Below are positions 34,830 through 48,000 of a DNA stretch of 64,000 nucleotides, piece by piece. Every line of letters starts with the position of its first letter. Positions within the stretch are counted from its first letter, which is position 1. Origin of the DNA: Trichoplax sp. H2 (taxonomy: Eukaryota). The notes beneath the pieces are model-generated. The model was not told the DNA's origin. It searched no databases and was given only the letters and a program-made list of their open reading frames with translations. The stretch is from positions 1-64,000 of the forward strand of contig NOWV01000204.1 in assembly GCA_003344405.1 (NCBI GenBank). Reading direction: 5' to 3'. A program made the translations under genes and the position numbers.

Positions 34830-37800
34830 TCAAATTGTGCATGATTGGGCAATGTGTTGGACTGGCAAGCGTTGCTTGGGTGCTCATTTGTTAGATGACG
34901 TCCGATTGGAGCATTTTGTTGCTATTGCGCATAGCTGTACGAGTATGCTGCCTACGATACACTATAAAGATATTGGCGTTGAGGGTTGTGTGCAAAATGA
35001 CCTGTCACCCTTAGCATAGCCTATCCGAAAGTACTGTATCTAGTGGCAATCCACCCACAGCGTTCAAATGTCTGTTTACCTTATTACAGTATAAGCTGAT
35101 AGACGTTGAAATGTGTTTAGTTTACGTTAGTAAAAGAGAAGACAGTGTGTACATTGTACAGTATATAGTATCCATCTCGTATTCATTGGATGTCGTGATC
35201 TCCATTGGTCCAGGCGCATAGTCAGTGGTGCAATAACTTTAACTGCAGGTTGCGACTTTAGGCCTCAAAGTAAATCTGTAGCACTGTACAAGGTATATTA
35301 ATAGCTGTCAGTTTAGTTTAAGTTTTTATTTCTACTGCACGATATTGTGCATCATAGTGTATAGCGCTGCGTAAAATAAGGATAGCTTCCCATCCCCTAG
35401 ACTGTAATAATGGATATCCGTACTGCACATATAGTTGTCGCTAGAGTCGTTGTTTGCAATCCCTAACCCTTCGAGCTTAGAAGGGATGTATACTGTACAT
35501 TGATACAATATACTGTACTGTACTGCACTTGTATTTTGATTTTAATGCATTAGCAAATCAAGTTAAAGTTATCGTTTTTGATAACCACAGCACATTCTAT
35601 ATTGTACTGAGCTCTTCCATCAGGTCTTCTTACAAGCCTAGGGCCAGATCGACATTCAAATGGTGTAAATATTCTTGGGTATAGCTAGCCTTCGACTGAA
35701 GACTCAGTGAAGAGCTGATATTTAAACTACAGAATATACAGTAAAGCTTTTATTTTGGGTTGCATACTGCTATCGTTCGAGCACCTATCTGATGCTGCAT
35801 AGAATGCACACATCATAGTGCAGCTCATATTACGTAAAACTACAGAGGGGCCAGATCGACATTCAAATACTGTAAATATTCTTGGGTACAGCTAGCCTTC
35901 GACTGAAGACCCAGAGAAGACCTGATATTTAATCTACAGAATATAAAGCTTTCATTTTTGGTTGCATACTGCTATCTGATACTGCATAGAATGCACACAT
36001 CATAGTGCAGCTCATATTACGTAAAACTACAGAGGGGTCAGATCGACATTCAAATACTGTAAATATTCTTGGGTACAGCTAGCCTTCGACTGAAGACCTG
36101 ATATTTAATCTACAGAATATAAAGCTTTCATTTTTGGTTGCATACTGCTATCGTTCGAGCACCTATCTGATGCTGCATAGAATGCACACATCATAGTGCA
36201 GCTCATATTACGAAAAACTACAGAAGAGCCTGATCGGCATTCAAATACTGTAAATATTCTTGGGTACAGCTAGCCTTCGACTGAAGACTCAGTGAAAAGC
36301 AGATCTTTAATCTGCAGAATATAAAGCTTTCATTTTGGGCTGCATACTGCTATCATTCGAGCACCTATCTGATGCTGCATAGAATGCACACATCATAGTG
36401 CAGCTCATATTACGTAAAACTGCAGAGGGGCCAGATCGACATTCAAATACTGTAAATATTCTTGGGTACAGGCGTACAGCTAGCCTTCGACTGAAGACCC
36501 AGAGAAGACCTGATATTTAATCTACAGAATATAAAGCTTTCATTTTGGTTGCATACTGCTATCGTTCGAGCACCTATCTGATGCTGCATAGAATGCACAT
36601 ATCATAGTGTAGCTCATATTACGAAAAACTACAGAAGGGCCAGATCGGCATTCAAATACTGTAAATATTCTTGGGTACAGCTAGCCTTCGACTGAAGACT
36701 CAGTGAAAAGCAGATCTTTAATCTGCAGAATATAAAGCTTTCATTTTTGGCTGCATACTGCTATCATTCGAGCACCTATCTGATGCTGCATAGAATGCAC
36801 ACATCATAGTACAGCTCATATTACGTCAAGCTGCAGACTATTTATGGCTTAAAAGGAAGTAAAATAGCACGTACAAGGTGTTCAATTTTTCAATTTTCTT
36901 TCAAACAGGTCTGTCATGGAATGGCAAGTCGACGATTCGCTTGATCATTTTAGTTGTACTCCACGTCTGTAGGCGTACACTATAAAGTTTCGTAAGCGAT
37001 CACCTCCAGACCGGGAAAGCACAAGCAGCTGGTTGCATCGAGTGTACTACAGTACAGTATAATGTATGATTTCAATGATACGGTACAGCAAAATGACCAG
37101 CAAAGTAGCCGGCTTGCACATTTTTAGCAAGGAACGATTGTTTCCCGTCTCTCTCTCTCTCTCTTTAATTAGCCATAGACTACTAAAAGCAATCAATTCT
37201 GGATTTAGCAGTCCATGCTTTCCCTTCCAGTCACCTTCTAAAGTAGTCAAATGGCCGACACTCATCCCAAAAGCATGGACTACTGGAAAAAGACGATCAA
37301 CATTTTCTAGCATCCATGCCTGGCTTGCCTTGCCATCTTGGCTGTTGGTAGTACAGTGTATCATTTCAGTCATCCGGTACAATAAAAATGACCCATTAAA
37401 AAAGAGCTAGCCTCCGTCCTCTTGGCCATGTAGGCATCTCCCGTCCTTCCGTACATCAGTCCAAATCGTTTTCAACTCCAGCTGGCCGTATGGTCAGCTG
37501 ATCACCTAGGCTTTGTCTTCCATCGTACCACGTGACCTACGACGGTTACCAATGTAACACAAAAGGCAAAAGCGCGCGTTTTCCTTGCGGCTAGCCATTT
37601 CTCTCCATGATTCCTTCTCCTTTGGCTCCTTTGCATTTTCATCATCGATTGCTACGACCATGTTATTCGAGCCATTAGGCTAGGAAAGATTGATTATTTT
37701 ATGGTTGATAGGATTAACTTGTTATTGGCTGTTGAAATTGAGTGAAAAATTGTATTCTTTGACAGTTTGAGGCTTGGCAAGCGACCATGCAGTGGCCAAC
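34830..37800 (-). mobile_element. Highly decayed Penelope-like retroelement remnant
   Basis: Ordered on the - strand: SNNMVVAID (~37660), PATL..LYRIIEIIH (~37065-37110), VEG*LYPRI (motif A-like, in each repeat unit), EGLGIAN...NYM (~35440-35475), QRYT (~35365), RRQH..AMRN...APIGRHL (like the GIY-YIG C-terminal part, ~34885-34960). Confidence 0.35.
35641..36836. repeat. Tandem repeat, 6 copies of ~187-209 bp
   Basis: The anchor gggccagatcgacattcaaat recurs at 35641, 35848, 36035, 36226, 36428 and 36637. Confidence 0.95.
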
Positions 37801-39729
37801 ACTGCTAACGTTGATGACGATAGCAAGACAAGCGTAGGTTAATTTTTCCTCTAGCTCTGTCGTCCATTTCTTCCTTGTATGAGAGCCTTACTACAGGGAA
37901 TTGGGTTCATTGAGCCTTGTGGTTTATTCTTATTATATCATTCATAGTAAAACGATCATTATCAAGATTCTTACTGGCGTTATTAACCAACAGTTTATGC
38001 TTAAATCGTTTATTCGATTACACGATCATCATACCAATTGAAACGAGCAACAGGGTCCTCTTGCTACGCTATTACGACGCTATTGGAGTAGACTTTGCTT
38101 ATTTATTTGTTATTATTATTATTATTATCTATGCCAACTTGCCCTTGATCTTCAAACTTCATCATGACTAATGCAATGATTGGTATGGGCAATTCAATTG
38201 AGGTAAGATCAAACTTGATACAAATCGCAATTGCGAAATCATCCATCAACATCAATGATATGGATGACTTTGTCCAAGCTTTTTGCCTTCGAATTTCTTG
38301 ATTGCAACCAAAGCTAGCTATGACACTGGGCACTAATTCATTGACGACAGCTTCTTCACCAAAATATACACTAGATTCCTTTACTATTTTATTTCTATGT
38401 CGATAAAAGTCTTTGCCACAACAGTCTGTTATTGATGGATTAAAGTTATAACCTTGCACTTTTATACAAGCCCAATTTACAGTCACCAAAATGTTGATAC
38501 TGTCCTTGTCACCTTAAAGTCAGACCAATTACCTGCTTAAACTTTTTATCGACACTAATGCTTGCTAAAGAGAATCAATAACAGATATCTTCTAGCGGAA
38601 CAGTGTTAATATAATAACTGCTACCAATTACAATAACTGGGAAAAAAAACTGTAGTTAGACTAACTGCCCTACCTGCTCAGTAAAGTACTTTCCTATTCA
38701 AGCGATATGCTCGAGCTAATCCTCCTGTTAGAGAATAAGTTACTGAGATACTGGATCATTATAATCTTCGTGCGAGAGAATAAATTACAGAGCTCAAGAG
38801 GACTAGCAAGAGTTCATAGTTTGCAAATTATAATTAATAATCGTTATTGTCATCGTTCACTCGTTCCTCAGTAAATGGTATCAATTGCAAAAGCTAAAGT
38901 ACGAGCTGTAGTTAAACTAACTACCTTACTCATGATTTATTTTTATAAATACTAATGCTTGCATGAGAGATAAATTACAGAGCTCAAGAGGACTAAAAAT
39001 ATTAGATCATACGTCAATAAAACTAATGAATAATCTTCAATATTCCCGTTAATTATCACCTTTGCTATGAAGTATATCACTATACGCGTAGGGAGGATGT
39101 TGATTACCATGACCGAATGCTATTGATATCATTTTGCATCCTGTCTTAAGGCCTGGATAGTCTAGGCGACATTGTTTAGTCTATATTTATAAAATACCCT
39201 TACTAAAGCGATAAAGTTTTCCCATCGTCACGATTTCTAATCCTGTCTATGAATGAATTTGGGATTTTATTTGAATGTCGTACTTAGAATAGAATTAAAG
39301 AAGTAGCGGCTTGGACAAAATTCAATCTCAATGATGGACTTATAGTACTGTACGTGCTCATTCTTTGCCATTAATGCAAGTACATCACAACAGCAAAACT
39401 TGTAGTTTCATGGAATTATACCTACGATCACGTTATCATCGAAATTGGGTGCCTCAGTTAGTACTAGTCCTAGTAGAAGTTTTTTGCTTCTTTTACATCT
39501 GACACTCTAGATTCTGGCCAAGTCATGATTGCATAGCCCAGATGTTGTGATGAAATAGTTTTCGTAATGCTTTATCGGTAGTCTATAATAATTGCCGCTA
39601 ATTGAGAAAATTGATGATATGCCTAAATGAATCATTGTTACTGCAATTGAATAAAGAGGCGTGCTATTCAAGTTTTTTATAAAATAGTAAGGATGTGATG
39701 ATTGACAATGATCAATTCTCTGTTTACAG

Positions 39730-42700
39730 GATTATCAGGTTCTAGAATTGCTCGGCAAAGGTGGCTTTGGATGCGTCTATAAAGGTAAATCGAAAGTAAC
39801 TGGTCAATTAGTTGCTGTGAAAATGATTGATAAGCAAAAGGCTATCGACGCGGACATGATTGCAAGAGTTGTTAAGGAAGTAGAAATACACTGTCAATTA
39901 AAGCATCCATCCATAGTAGAGGTTAGTAGGATAATCATCTTAATGCGTAATCGACATTTTCTGTTCGTTGTAACTAAATCTAAGTAACTCATCAAACTGA
40001 AATGATGCACTGATTGTACGTATCGGTAAATACATTACCTTGAAAAACAATTAAAAAAAAACTTGGATTAAGAATGGCTGTTTAACATAACTAATGCTAC
40101 CGTTTATTTGCAGTTATACAACTACTTCGAGGATAGCAATTATGTGTACTTGATAATGGAACTATGTGAAAAAGGAGAATTCCAGCACCATTTGAAAGCT
40201 AAGGGAAAGATAGCCGAAGATCAAGGTTAATAATGCTATAAGACTGATCCCACTGAGAACCTGTTACTGCATACTTCTCAAGAAGAAATTGGTTGTAATC
40301 ATCTAATAAATAAGAAAATGAGTTGACAACTATTTTTGTTGTTTATTATTTTTGTTAGCACGTCGATTTTTAGCCCAAATTGTAAAAGGTCTCCTTTACC
40401 TACATTCGCATGACATAGTCCATCGGGATCTTAGTTTATCAAATCTATTACTAACAAATGACTTGGATGTGGTTCGTATCAGTACTTATCCGTAACTTCA
40501 ATTGTAGATTTGTTATATCTAGTAGTGGTCTACTTATTGTTAACAGAAGGATAGCACAGCGGTGTATCAACACCAAAACTAGGTCTTTATGCTTATAATT
40601 ATTCATTTATAGAAAATTTCCGACTTTGGCCTCGCAACGAAACTAGCTGTCCGAGGAGAGACTCATCTCACAATGTGTGGCACGCCAAACTATATATCAC
40701 CGTATGTAAAATAGATTAGCCCTAAATTCAATATAGTTTATCGATGTTGATTACAATATAAATATAAAGATGTCATGCGGTATCTTGTTTAAAATTAGTA
40801 AATTGGTTAACTGGTTTCAAAGTAAAGTGGTGTTTTTAATATATGCAATTTTTGTTTAAATAATAGTGAAATAGCTAACCGATCACCCCACGGACTAGAG
40901 TCTGATGTTTGGTCTCTTGGCTGTATCTTGTATACCTTCTTAGTTGGCAAACCACCATTTGATACTAAAGCTATACGAACCACTCTAAATAAAGTTGTTT
41001 CTGGAAGTTATACTATACCTCCGTAAGAATAACTGTAAACTCTGTCGTTAATATGTATCATGTTCAAGAGTGATTATGATGTAATTGTAGATTTTCTTTT
41101 TAATACATGCCTGGATCTAATCTGTATTATGTGATAATCAGCCATCTCTGTGCAGAATCTGAGGATTTAATAAATCGACTCTTACAACAGGTGCGTAGCA
41201 TCCAAACAACTATTGTTTCCTCATGACCAAGATCAAATTTATGTTTGTTTTTATCTAAAACTAAAATTTAACTTTATGCTTTATGCATTGCAGGATCCAC
41301 TGAAAAGGATTCCTTTACAAGGTCTGTTTGACTAGCTACATGTAATTAGTATTTCATAAATCTTTATATGGTAGATATGCTGATTATAAACAAGTCTTTT
41401 CAAATCGTACATATACCCGCATATATAGACATCCTGGAGCATCCATTTATGAATCCTAATAAAAGTAGCAAAAGCATAAATGATGGCTATAACGTAAGTT
41501 TGCAAGTTAACCCCGCAAGTAATTATCTTCCTATGTTAATCAAATTTCAAGCAAATTATTCTGATACGTAATTTGCTATTCGGCAGCATTTGGATGCATC
41601 TGCAGATAGTGGCAATGATACTTTACGGACAATGTCTACGGGAAATGAACAACGTTCTATTAGTGGAAATTCGTCACATCGTTTATTTAAATCGGCTTTA
41701 TCGGAACACAGTGATCGCAGTATTAAAACACCCGTGATTACGTAAGGAGTCGATAAAATTTATCTATTGTCGATTTTTATGAACTTAAGTTTTACTAGCA
41801 TGGATATTTTCTTTCTATACAGAAAAGATACTGTACCCTATCATCCGGTAATCCATCCTTCGTTAAGTTCAAGTCCTAATAACGACCAACAATACACGCG
41901 GAATGGTTACAGCTTTCGTAGCGATACAGCTGTTGTTACAAATCAGCATGTACGCAAGAAGCAACAGTTAAAAACCTCGTACGTATCTGATGCTAATTCA
42001 TATCACTCACATGGTAAGTTGCCAATCAACAAGAAGAATTCAGTTCAAAAGCTTAGACATACCTATGAGAATAAGGGAAATGAAAGGGATAAAGGAAGAA
42101 AAGTAAATTCCATTAAACCACTAAATACGTGGCGTTTAAAATCAGTTAGGATTAGAAAGGACGATATCGTGGTATGTTGTACTATATCCTACGGTATCAT
42201 TTCCAAAAATTATATATCATTGATCAATATCAGCTGTATAGCTTTACATTTTAGAATAATATATAGTAATTTATGTTTACTACAGTATAGCATTTTAAAC
42301 GACGGGCGTGTTCGCCTGGAATGGTTAAGTAGAGTCGGCAGTGGAGCATACTCTGTTCAAGGACTTTTTGAAATTTCGCAGAATGGCACCGATATTACTG
42401 TTTACTCTGCAAAGAGAAACGCCTGTGGTGTATCATTTACTGATAATCCATCAGTTAACTTTTCATCACTATGCTCCGTTTATGAACAACGTTGTTACAA
42501 TTTAACCTCTTTGCCGAGACCATATTTTAGATATTACCGGATGGCAACCGATTTTGTTAGCGAAGTTAAGGCAAAAACTGTCAAGGTATATGTTCTTTGA
42601 ATATTACTTAATGTCTGTTACATGATACAAAAGTAGGACTCGTAGTCAATTTATGCTCTTGCATGCGTCTAGATAATGTTGTATGCTACTGATGCTAAAT

Positions 42701-43428
42701 GCGAACTAATGGAAAATTCTGTATGTGGCGTTACGTTTTATCACGGTACGTTGAACATTACGTAGCTTTACTGAAGATTGCAAAATTTCAAACAATTGTT
42801 CGGGAAGTGAGATGCCTCGGATATTGTCACTGTATGATATAGATGCAGCTTGCTGCTCCTATTAATGCAGTAATAAATGAATACATTATTCGACCTGAAA
42901 TCTTCCTATAGAAATTTAAGGAAATTTCTCTGACTATGCTACTATTGAGTTCAATTAGTATGGTCCGTTCATTTCTTTACAGAGTATTGTTGTCAAAGTA
43001 TTTTCGTCAGAAACTGCTAAGTAGGAGTCAGATCACTACCGAATATAAAAATTTACGTCTGTGTGATAAAAAGTTGTAACTTACTTGTAAGCTGGATTCG
43101 TATAACCTGTTCTTAAACCTTTTTAGGCATTACATTTATTATAAAACCTGGAGATTGTTGCAAAATTAAGACTAGTACCGGGCAAATCTATGTAGCCAAA
43201 GATGATAGAGATGTCCAAGTCTTACCTGATGCTCTACGCTCTATGTATAAACAAGCGATGAATCATTACTACCGTAGTAAAGCCATCGAAAAAGTAATCA
43301 GCTCACTAGATAGTAGCTATTTGCCTATTTTCCCTATCATATGCGGCAAACTTCCAACCTCTATATCGTCGAGACAGTATTCGAATTTAAATTTGCATGG
43401 CAAAGTTTTTAAAGCTGGTCTGTCGTAG
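39730..43428 (+). CDS. PLK4: Polo-like kinase 4 (short first exon not identified)
   Basis: [69 protein letters not shown] degron at 41605-41622; cryptic polo box (PLNTWRLK...[11 protein letters not shown]...KAKTVK...LMEN...FPIICG). Confidence 0.93.
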
Positions 43429-45088
43429 TTTTTTGACTGACGGTAATGCGAACGGAAAAAACATCTATGATAAAAAGGTTCCTTCACTTGAGACCGCATC
43501 AGCTTTCACGGGACTTTTATCTGAATAATATGGGTGTTTCCGTGTGGTACGAGTTCGGGTATCCCAAGTCGTGCGTGATTCAGACCTTAAATAGCTAGCC
43601 ACTGCTCCAGCTTGTGCGCAGCTTAATATTGGGTGAGGTGGAGTTTGGGTGCGGTTGATATCATTTTACCGTGTTTTGTATATATCGTTGTATAGACTGC
43701 ATTGATAAATATTTTTTTCGGTGCACGATTATGTATTGATCATCATTTGCCATTAATATTACAGTAGTGCTTTTCAGTGCAAAGGCTATAAATATTATTA
43801 GGGAGCCTTTTTCTCGCTGATTTGTGCTGTCCATGGCAGACAGAAGTGGAATTGGGCATTATTGCAATTATATGTTACAAATTTTTTAAATTATTTCCAG
43901 AGATTAAGAATATTAAATTTAATGTAAATTTGTAAGTAAGATATCACTAGCACTTTTTTTAGATTCTGCTTTCATTTCGACTAGATTTTACTCGGATAGA
44001 CGCTACATTTGGTAATGTAGGCATTTACTTAGATATTTCGGAACGCTGTGGTTATAAAATATATATATGTACGATCGTAAGTCTACTCGTATATCGTTGA
44101 TTGATGTTAAACGATACTAAGTATCGCTATTCTATGGTAGACAAACTTGACAAATTGATATCGGATTATGAGAATTAGAATTACTCAAATAGTTTACTTC
44201 TCAAACTTTGATATTTAGTCATCTGATGACACCGTGGTTTCTAGCTTCCGTAGATGAGGCATTCTTGATAATAATTGTACAGAATATGTAATGATTTATT
44301 CAATTGCGTTACAATATTATTTAAAGTTTATATTGATGTAAAAATTTTAATTGGCATTTCTGCCCTTTCTTGGACAGTTGGATTTTTAGACGTCTGTAAA
44401 TAGTAAAATATTGACATTTGTTATAAATCAATTTTTTTGTAGCATATAATTCTCCGATAACAAAAACTTGAGCTGCTAGTAGCCGATATTTTATATATTT
44501 TACATTAAATCTAATATATGTCTATGTTAGCTCGACCTATGAGTAGAAAAATAAAGATTCGAAAGTGTAACCATCTGATAAAAGTACTAGCATGGAATTC
44601 CTGCGAAAATAATCAATAGCAGCTTTGAATGTACTGGAATTATCCGATCAGGCTGAATTACTATGTATTGGTCTAGTCTTTATTCCTATCTGATTTTCAA
44701 AAAGTAGACATCTATTAAATTGGTGGTTTACCACCTGAAGAGTATTAACAGGGGTTTATCTTGTCCTATGTTGCAAAGTTGTACATGGTAGTTCCCATCG
44801 AATCAGATCAATTCCGCCTTAGCAGTAATTGCAGTTATAGTATTTGCATCCACTTACAAAATCAATTTTATCCGATCAAAATTGTAGAAATCAAGCGGAT
44901 CATTAATATTTCGAAGGTACGGAAACAGGAAGAATATTCGTACATTTCATTTAGCTTGTTCATTCGATAAATGATGTTGTGCAATGCCCTCAAGTAACGA
45001 AAAGTAGTTGTTTACATAAGTTATCAGCTTTGAAATTTGTGATCAAGGCCGCCAGATTCAGTCTAGCATAATACGCTGAGTCATTAAG

Positions 45089-48000
45089 CTAAACAAATAT
45101 AGAAGACCGATGATCGTAAGCATCAATTTTCTGTAGCCATTTGTCAAGGGCTTCATTGATTTCCTGTGGTCTATCAATAAAAGGAAAATAGGACAGTTCC
45201 AGGTATTATGATTTGGCTCTACACAACTGTAGAATTTATAGAAACTATCCATAGCATGAACAAAAGCTATTTACCGTTCAGAGTGAAGCCAGTGACTGCA
45301 ATCAAATCTTAAACATGTTAAATTAGGAACAGAATCATGCATACGTTTGCAGATTGAATCTGTAAGGAAGGTTTCTTTATCCGAAGCAATAAATAAAGCT
45401 GGTTGATAAATCTAGCATACGAATTAATAGTAAACAACATTCATTAGTTTTGACAACTTTGGTTATCCAGGGATTTATTTTATAATTTTATCATTGCAAT
45501 TACCTTTTTACCATATGTTTTCAATTGCCACTTCCAGCATTTTTGGGCATTTCTAAATCTGTTCAAGCTAGGGCTATTTTATAGAAAGAATATAACTTGT
45601 TCATTGCTATTATTGAACCAATAGGGATAAAAAGTACGGCATTAAATCGCCAATTATTTGTCATTATTGTACATTAAGCTCTAAAATATCTTCAATATTG
45701 ATCATGATATACTAGATTAATGACAAATACGTACGTAAAACCCGTTACTTGAAATGCTTTAACATAATAATCTAGTTCTTCCTTTGTCATAAAACAACTT
45801 CGTTGATAGCCCTCGATTAGTTTCAACTTATAGGATGAACAGTCTGAGAAGGATAATATCGAATTTTTTATTTGTAACTTATTTAATAGGCATGGTAAAT
45901 GTCATATTTGTCAAGATTTGAAGTCAGGATTATGACGAATAACCAGATTTCAGCTGTTGATGGAGAATAAATTGTCGTCGTACGACTGAGAATATGCCGC
46001 AAAATATCTTACCCATATCTAATAAGTTAAATTCACGGCCGTCTAATGCCTTTTCGTCCTATAGATTTAAAGAGAAATCCTTCATCTTAGCCGTAGAAAA
46101 ATATGCATGAAATTTATCACAGTTGATTCATTTATTCCATGATTATCCTTAAAAGCCTCCATAGCGAGCTCTTATTGATATTATCTAACGACAGTCGAGT
46201 TATTATCATACGAGTAAATCGTTCGCTAACATTGGCAACCAATATCAATGGACTAGACAGAAAATTGTTTGAAGCAGACCGCATTTAATACTATTAAATC
46301 TTTACTACATACAGTATGTAATACTAAATACGGTAAAGAGAGACATTTTACATTCGATTTTATGTGAGAAGTGATGGAATATTATCAAAGTCATTATTTC
46401 ATGCTTACGTTTTCATCAGTACTAGTATAGATATTTTGGAACGAGACTCGAATATCTTTGGCTAGGCATTTTTCAAATTTTCCCTACCGTGTTAAATAAA
46501 ATATTTCGCTATCAGTTCAATTAAGATACGTTTCAAGAAATAAATGAGAACTATATGGTGGAAAAAAGAATCGGTTTAATTAGGATTAGCGTATAAGAAA
46601 TAAGTGCCAATTGAGTGATGGAAAAAGCGAATAAATAGGCTGATATTAGATTCATGGATAAGTTGAATTAAGATGTGCGTATGAGAAAGGAATAAAATTG
46701 TGAGATGAAAAAAGCGAATCAATTTAGTTTACTTATATGCATATAAGAAATAAATGCGAATTACGAAATTGCAAAAATGAATCTGTTCAGTTAAGATACG
46801 CATATAAGAAATAGATGAGAATTGCATAGTGGAAAAAGTCAATGAATAGTTTGACGTTTGGATTTATGGATTAAGTTGAAATCGAAGCAAAAATTGAGAT
46901 TGTAAACGACAGGATAGGAACAATGGCATTAAATTGCGACTTACACTTTCTGAAAAATAAATATAATATTGCAGAGGAGAAGGATTTTGCTTGATGTAGG
47001 TCAATAAATTCATATTCGGATGAGGTGGTATATATGGAAAATTTAAACTTGCTACAGCTCTAATGACATGATTATTAAAATTGTTAATAGTAAGAATAAA
47101 AATAATTTTAATTTTATGTATTATTACCAATCTACTTGCAAGCAATTCAATTATTGCCGTTCAAAAATTCCAAAGTTTTTCTATTACCTAACTCTATCAG
47201 GATATTGTAAACAGCAATTCCAGGCAACATCACCTCCGATATCGTGACCAACAAGAATGGCTTGATCGATATCCTGATTCAAGGTTGCGTTAGAAAACTA
47301 CTTGTGATCATTACTTAGCTATATCGTGATGTTATATAGTGCGTTACTTACCAATATATCCATAAGTTCAATTATATCCTTATTTTATTGGAATAACGTT
47401 GTATGTGAATTATCCATTTGAATCAACATGATTGAATGGTATATTTAAAATTAGTCTTACTTTGGAATTTCAATACTAGTCATATCGTGATGTAATATGC
47501 CCATAGAACTACATAATAAATGATTTAAAATTCAATTCACTACCTCAGTAACTAAGTCCATAGAATAATCTTCAACATCTACGGGTTAATAAAATACAAT
47601 TTCGATAATTTTAAAGGCATTTCAACAGAGTATAGCCGTAATGTAATCTGATTTATGAAAGATCCAGCTTACTTGGGGGGCAGCTCGATAGCCCGACTCC
47701 TCGATGATCTATAGCAATTGCACGAAAGCCAATCGCGGTAAAATACGGGATCTAAAGGGAATCGGAATTGATTTATAAATACTATATTATATATATATAT
47801 ATTGAATTACATGTTTTATTATTGATTAATTTCGATATATATATGTATGTATTAACAGATCTCAGACTACAGAACTCCCTCCTATATCGAGGCGGCTTGC
47901 ATTTCACTTAAGGCTATAACTTTCGTCTCTAAAATTATCCACTAACAGCACTCAACTATTATTCCAACACCTAAATGTAATCCTTGACACCGCTAGTCCA

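Noticed and set aside
36281..36300. Hammerhead ribozyme core CTGAAGA...GAAA in the satellite
   Set aside because: Present in only 2 of 6 copies, and the intervening ctcagt cannot form stem II. No matching stems I and III were found.
38745..39000. Short direct duplication (taaattacagagctcaagaggact at ~38780 and ~38970)
   Set aside because: Only ~30 bp, with no terminal repeats or target-site duplication to define an element.
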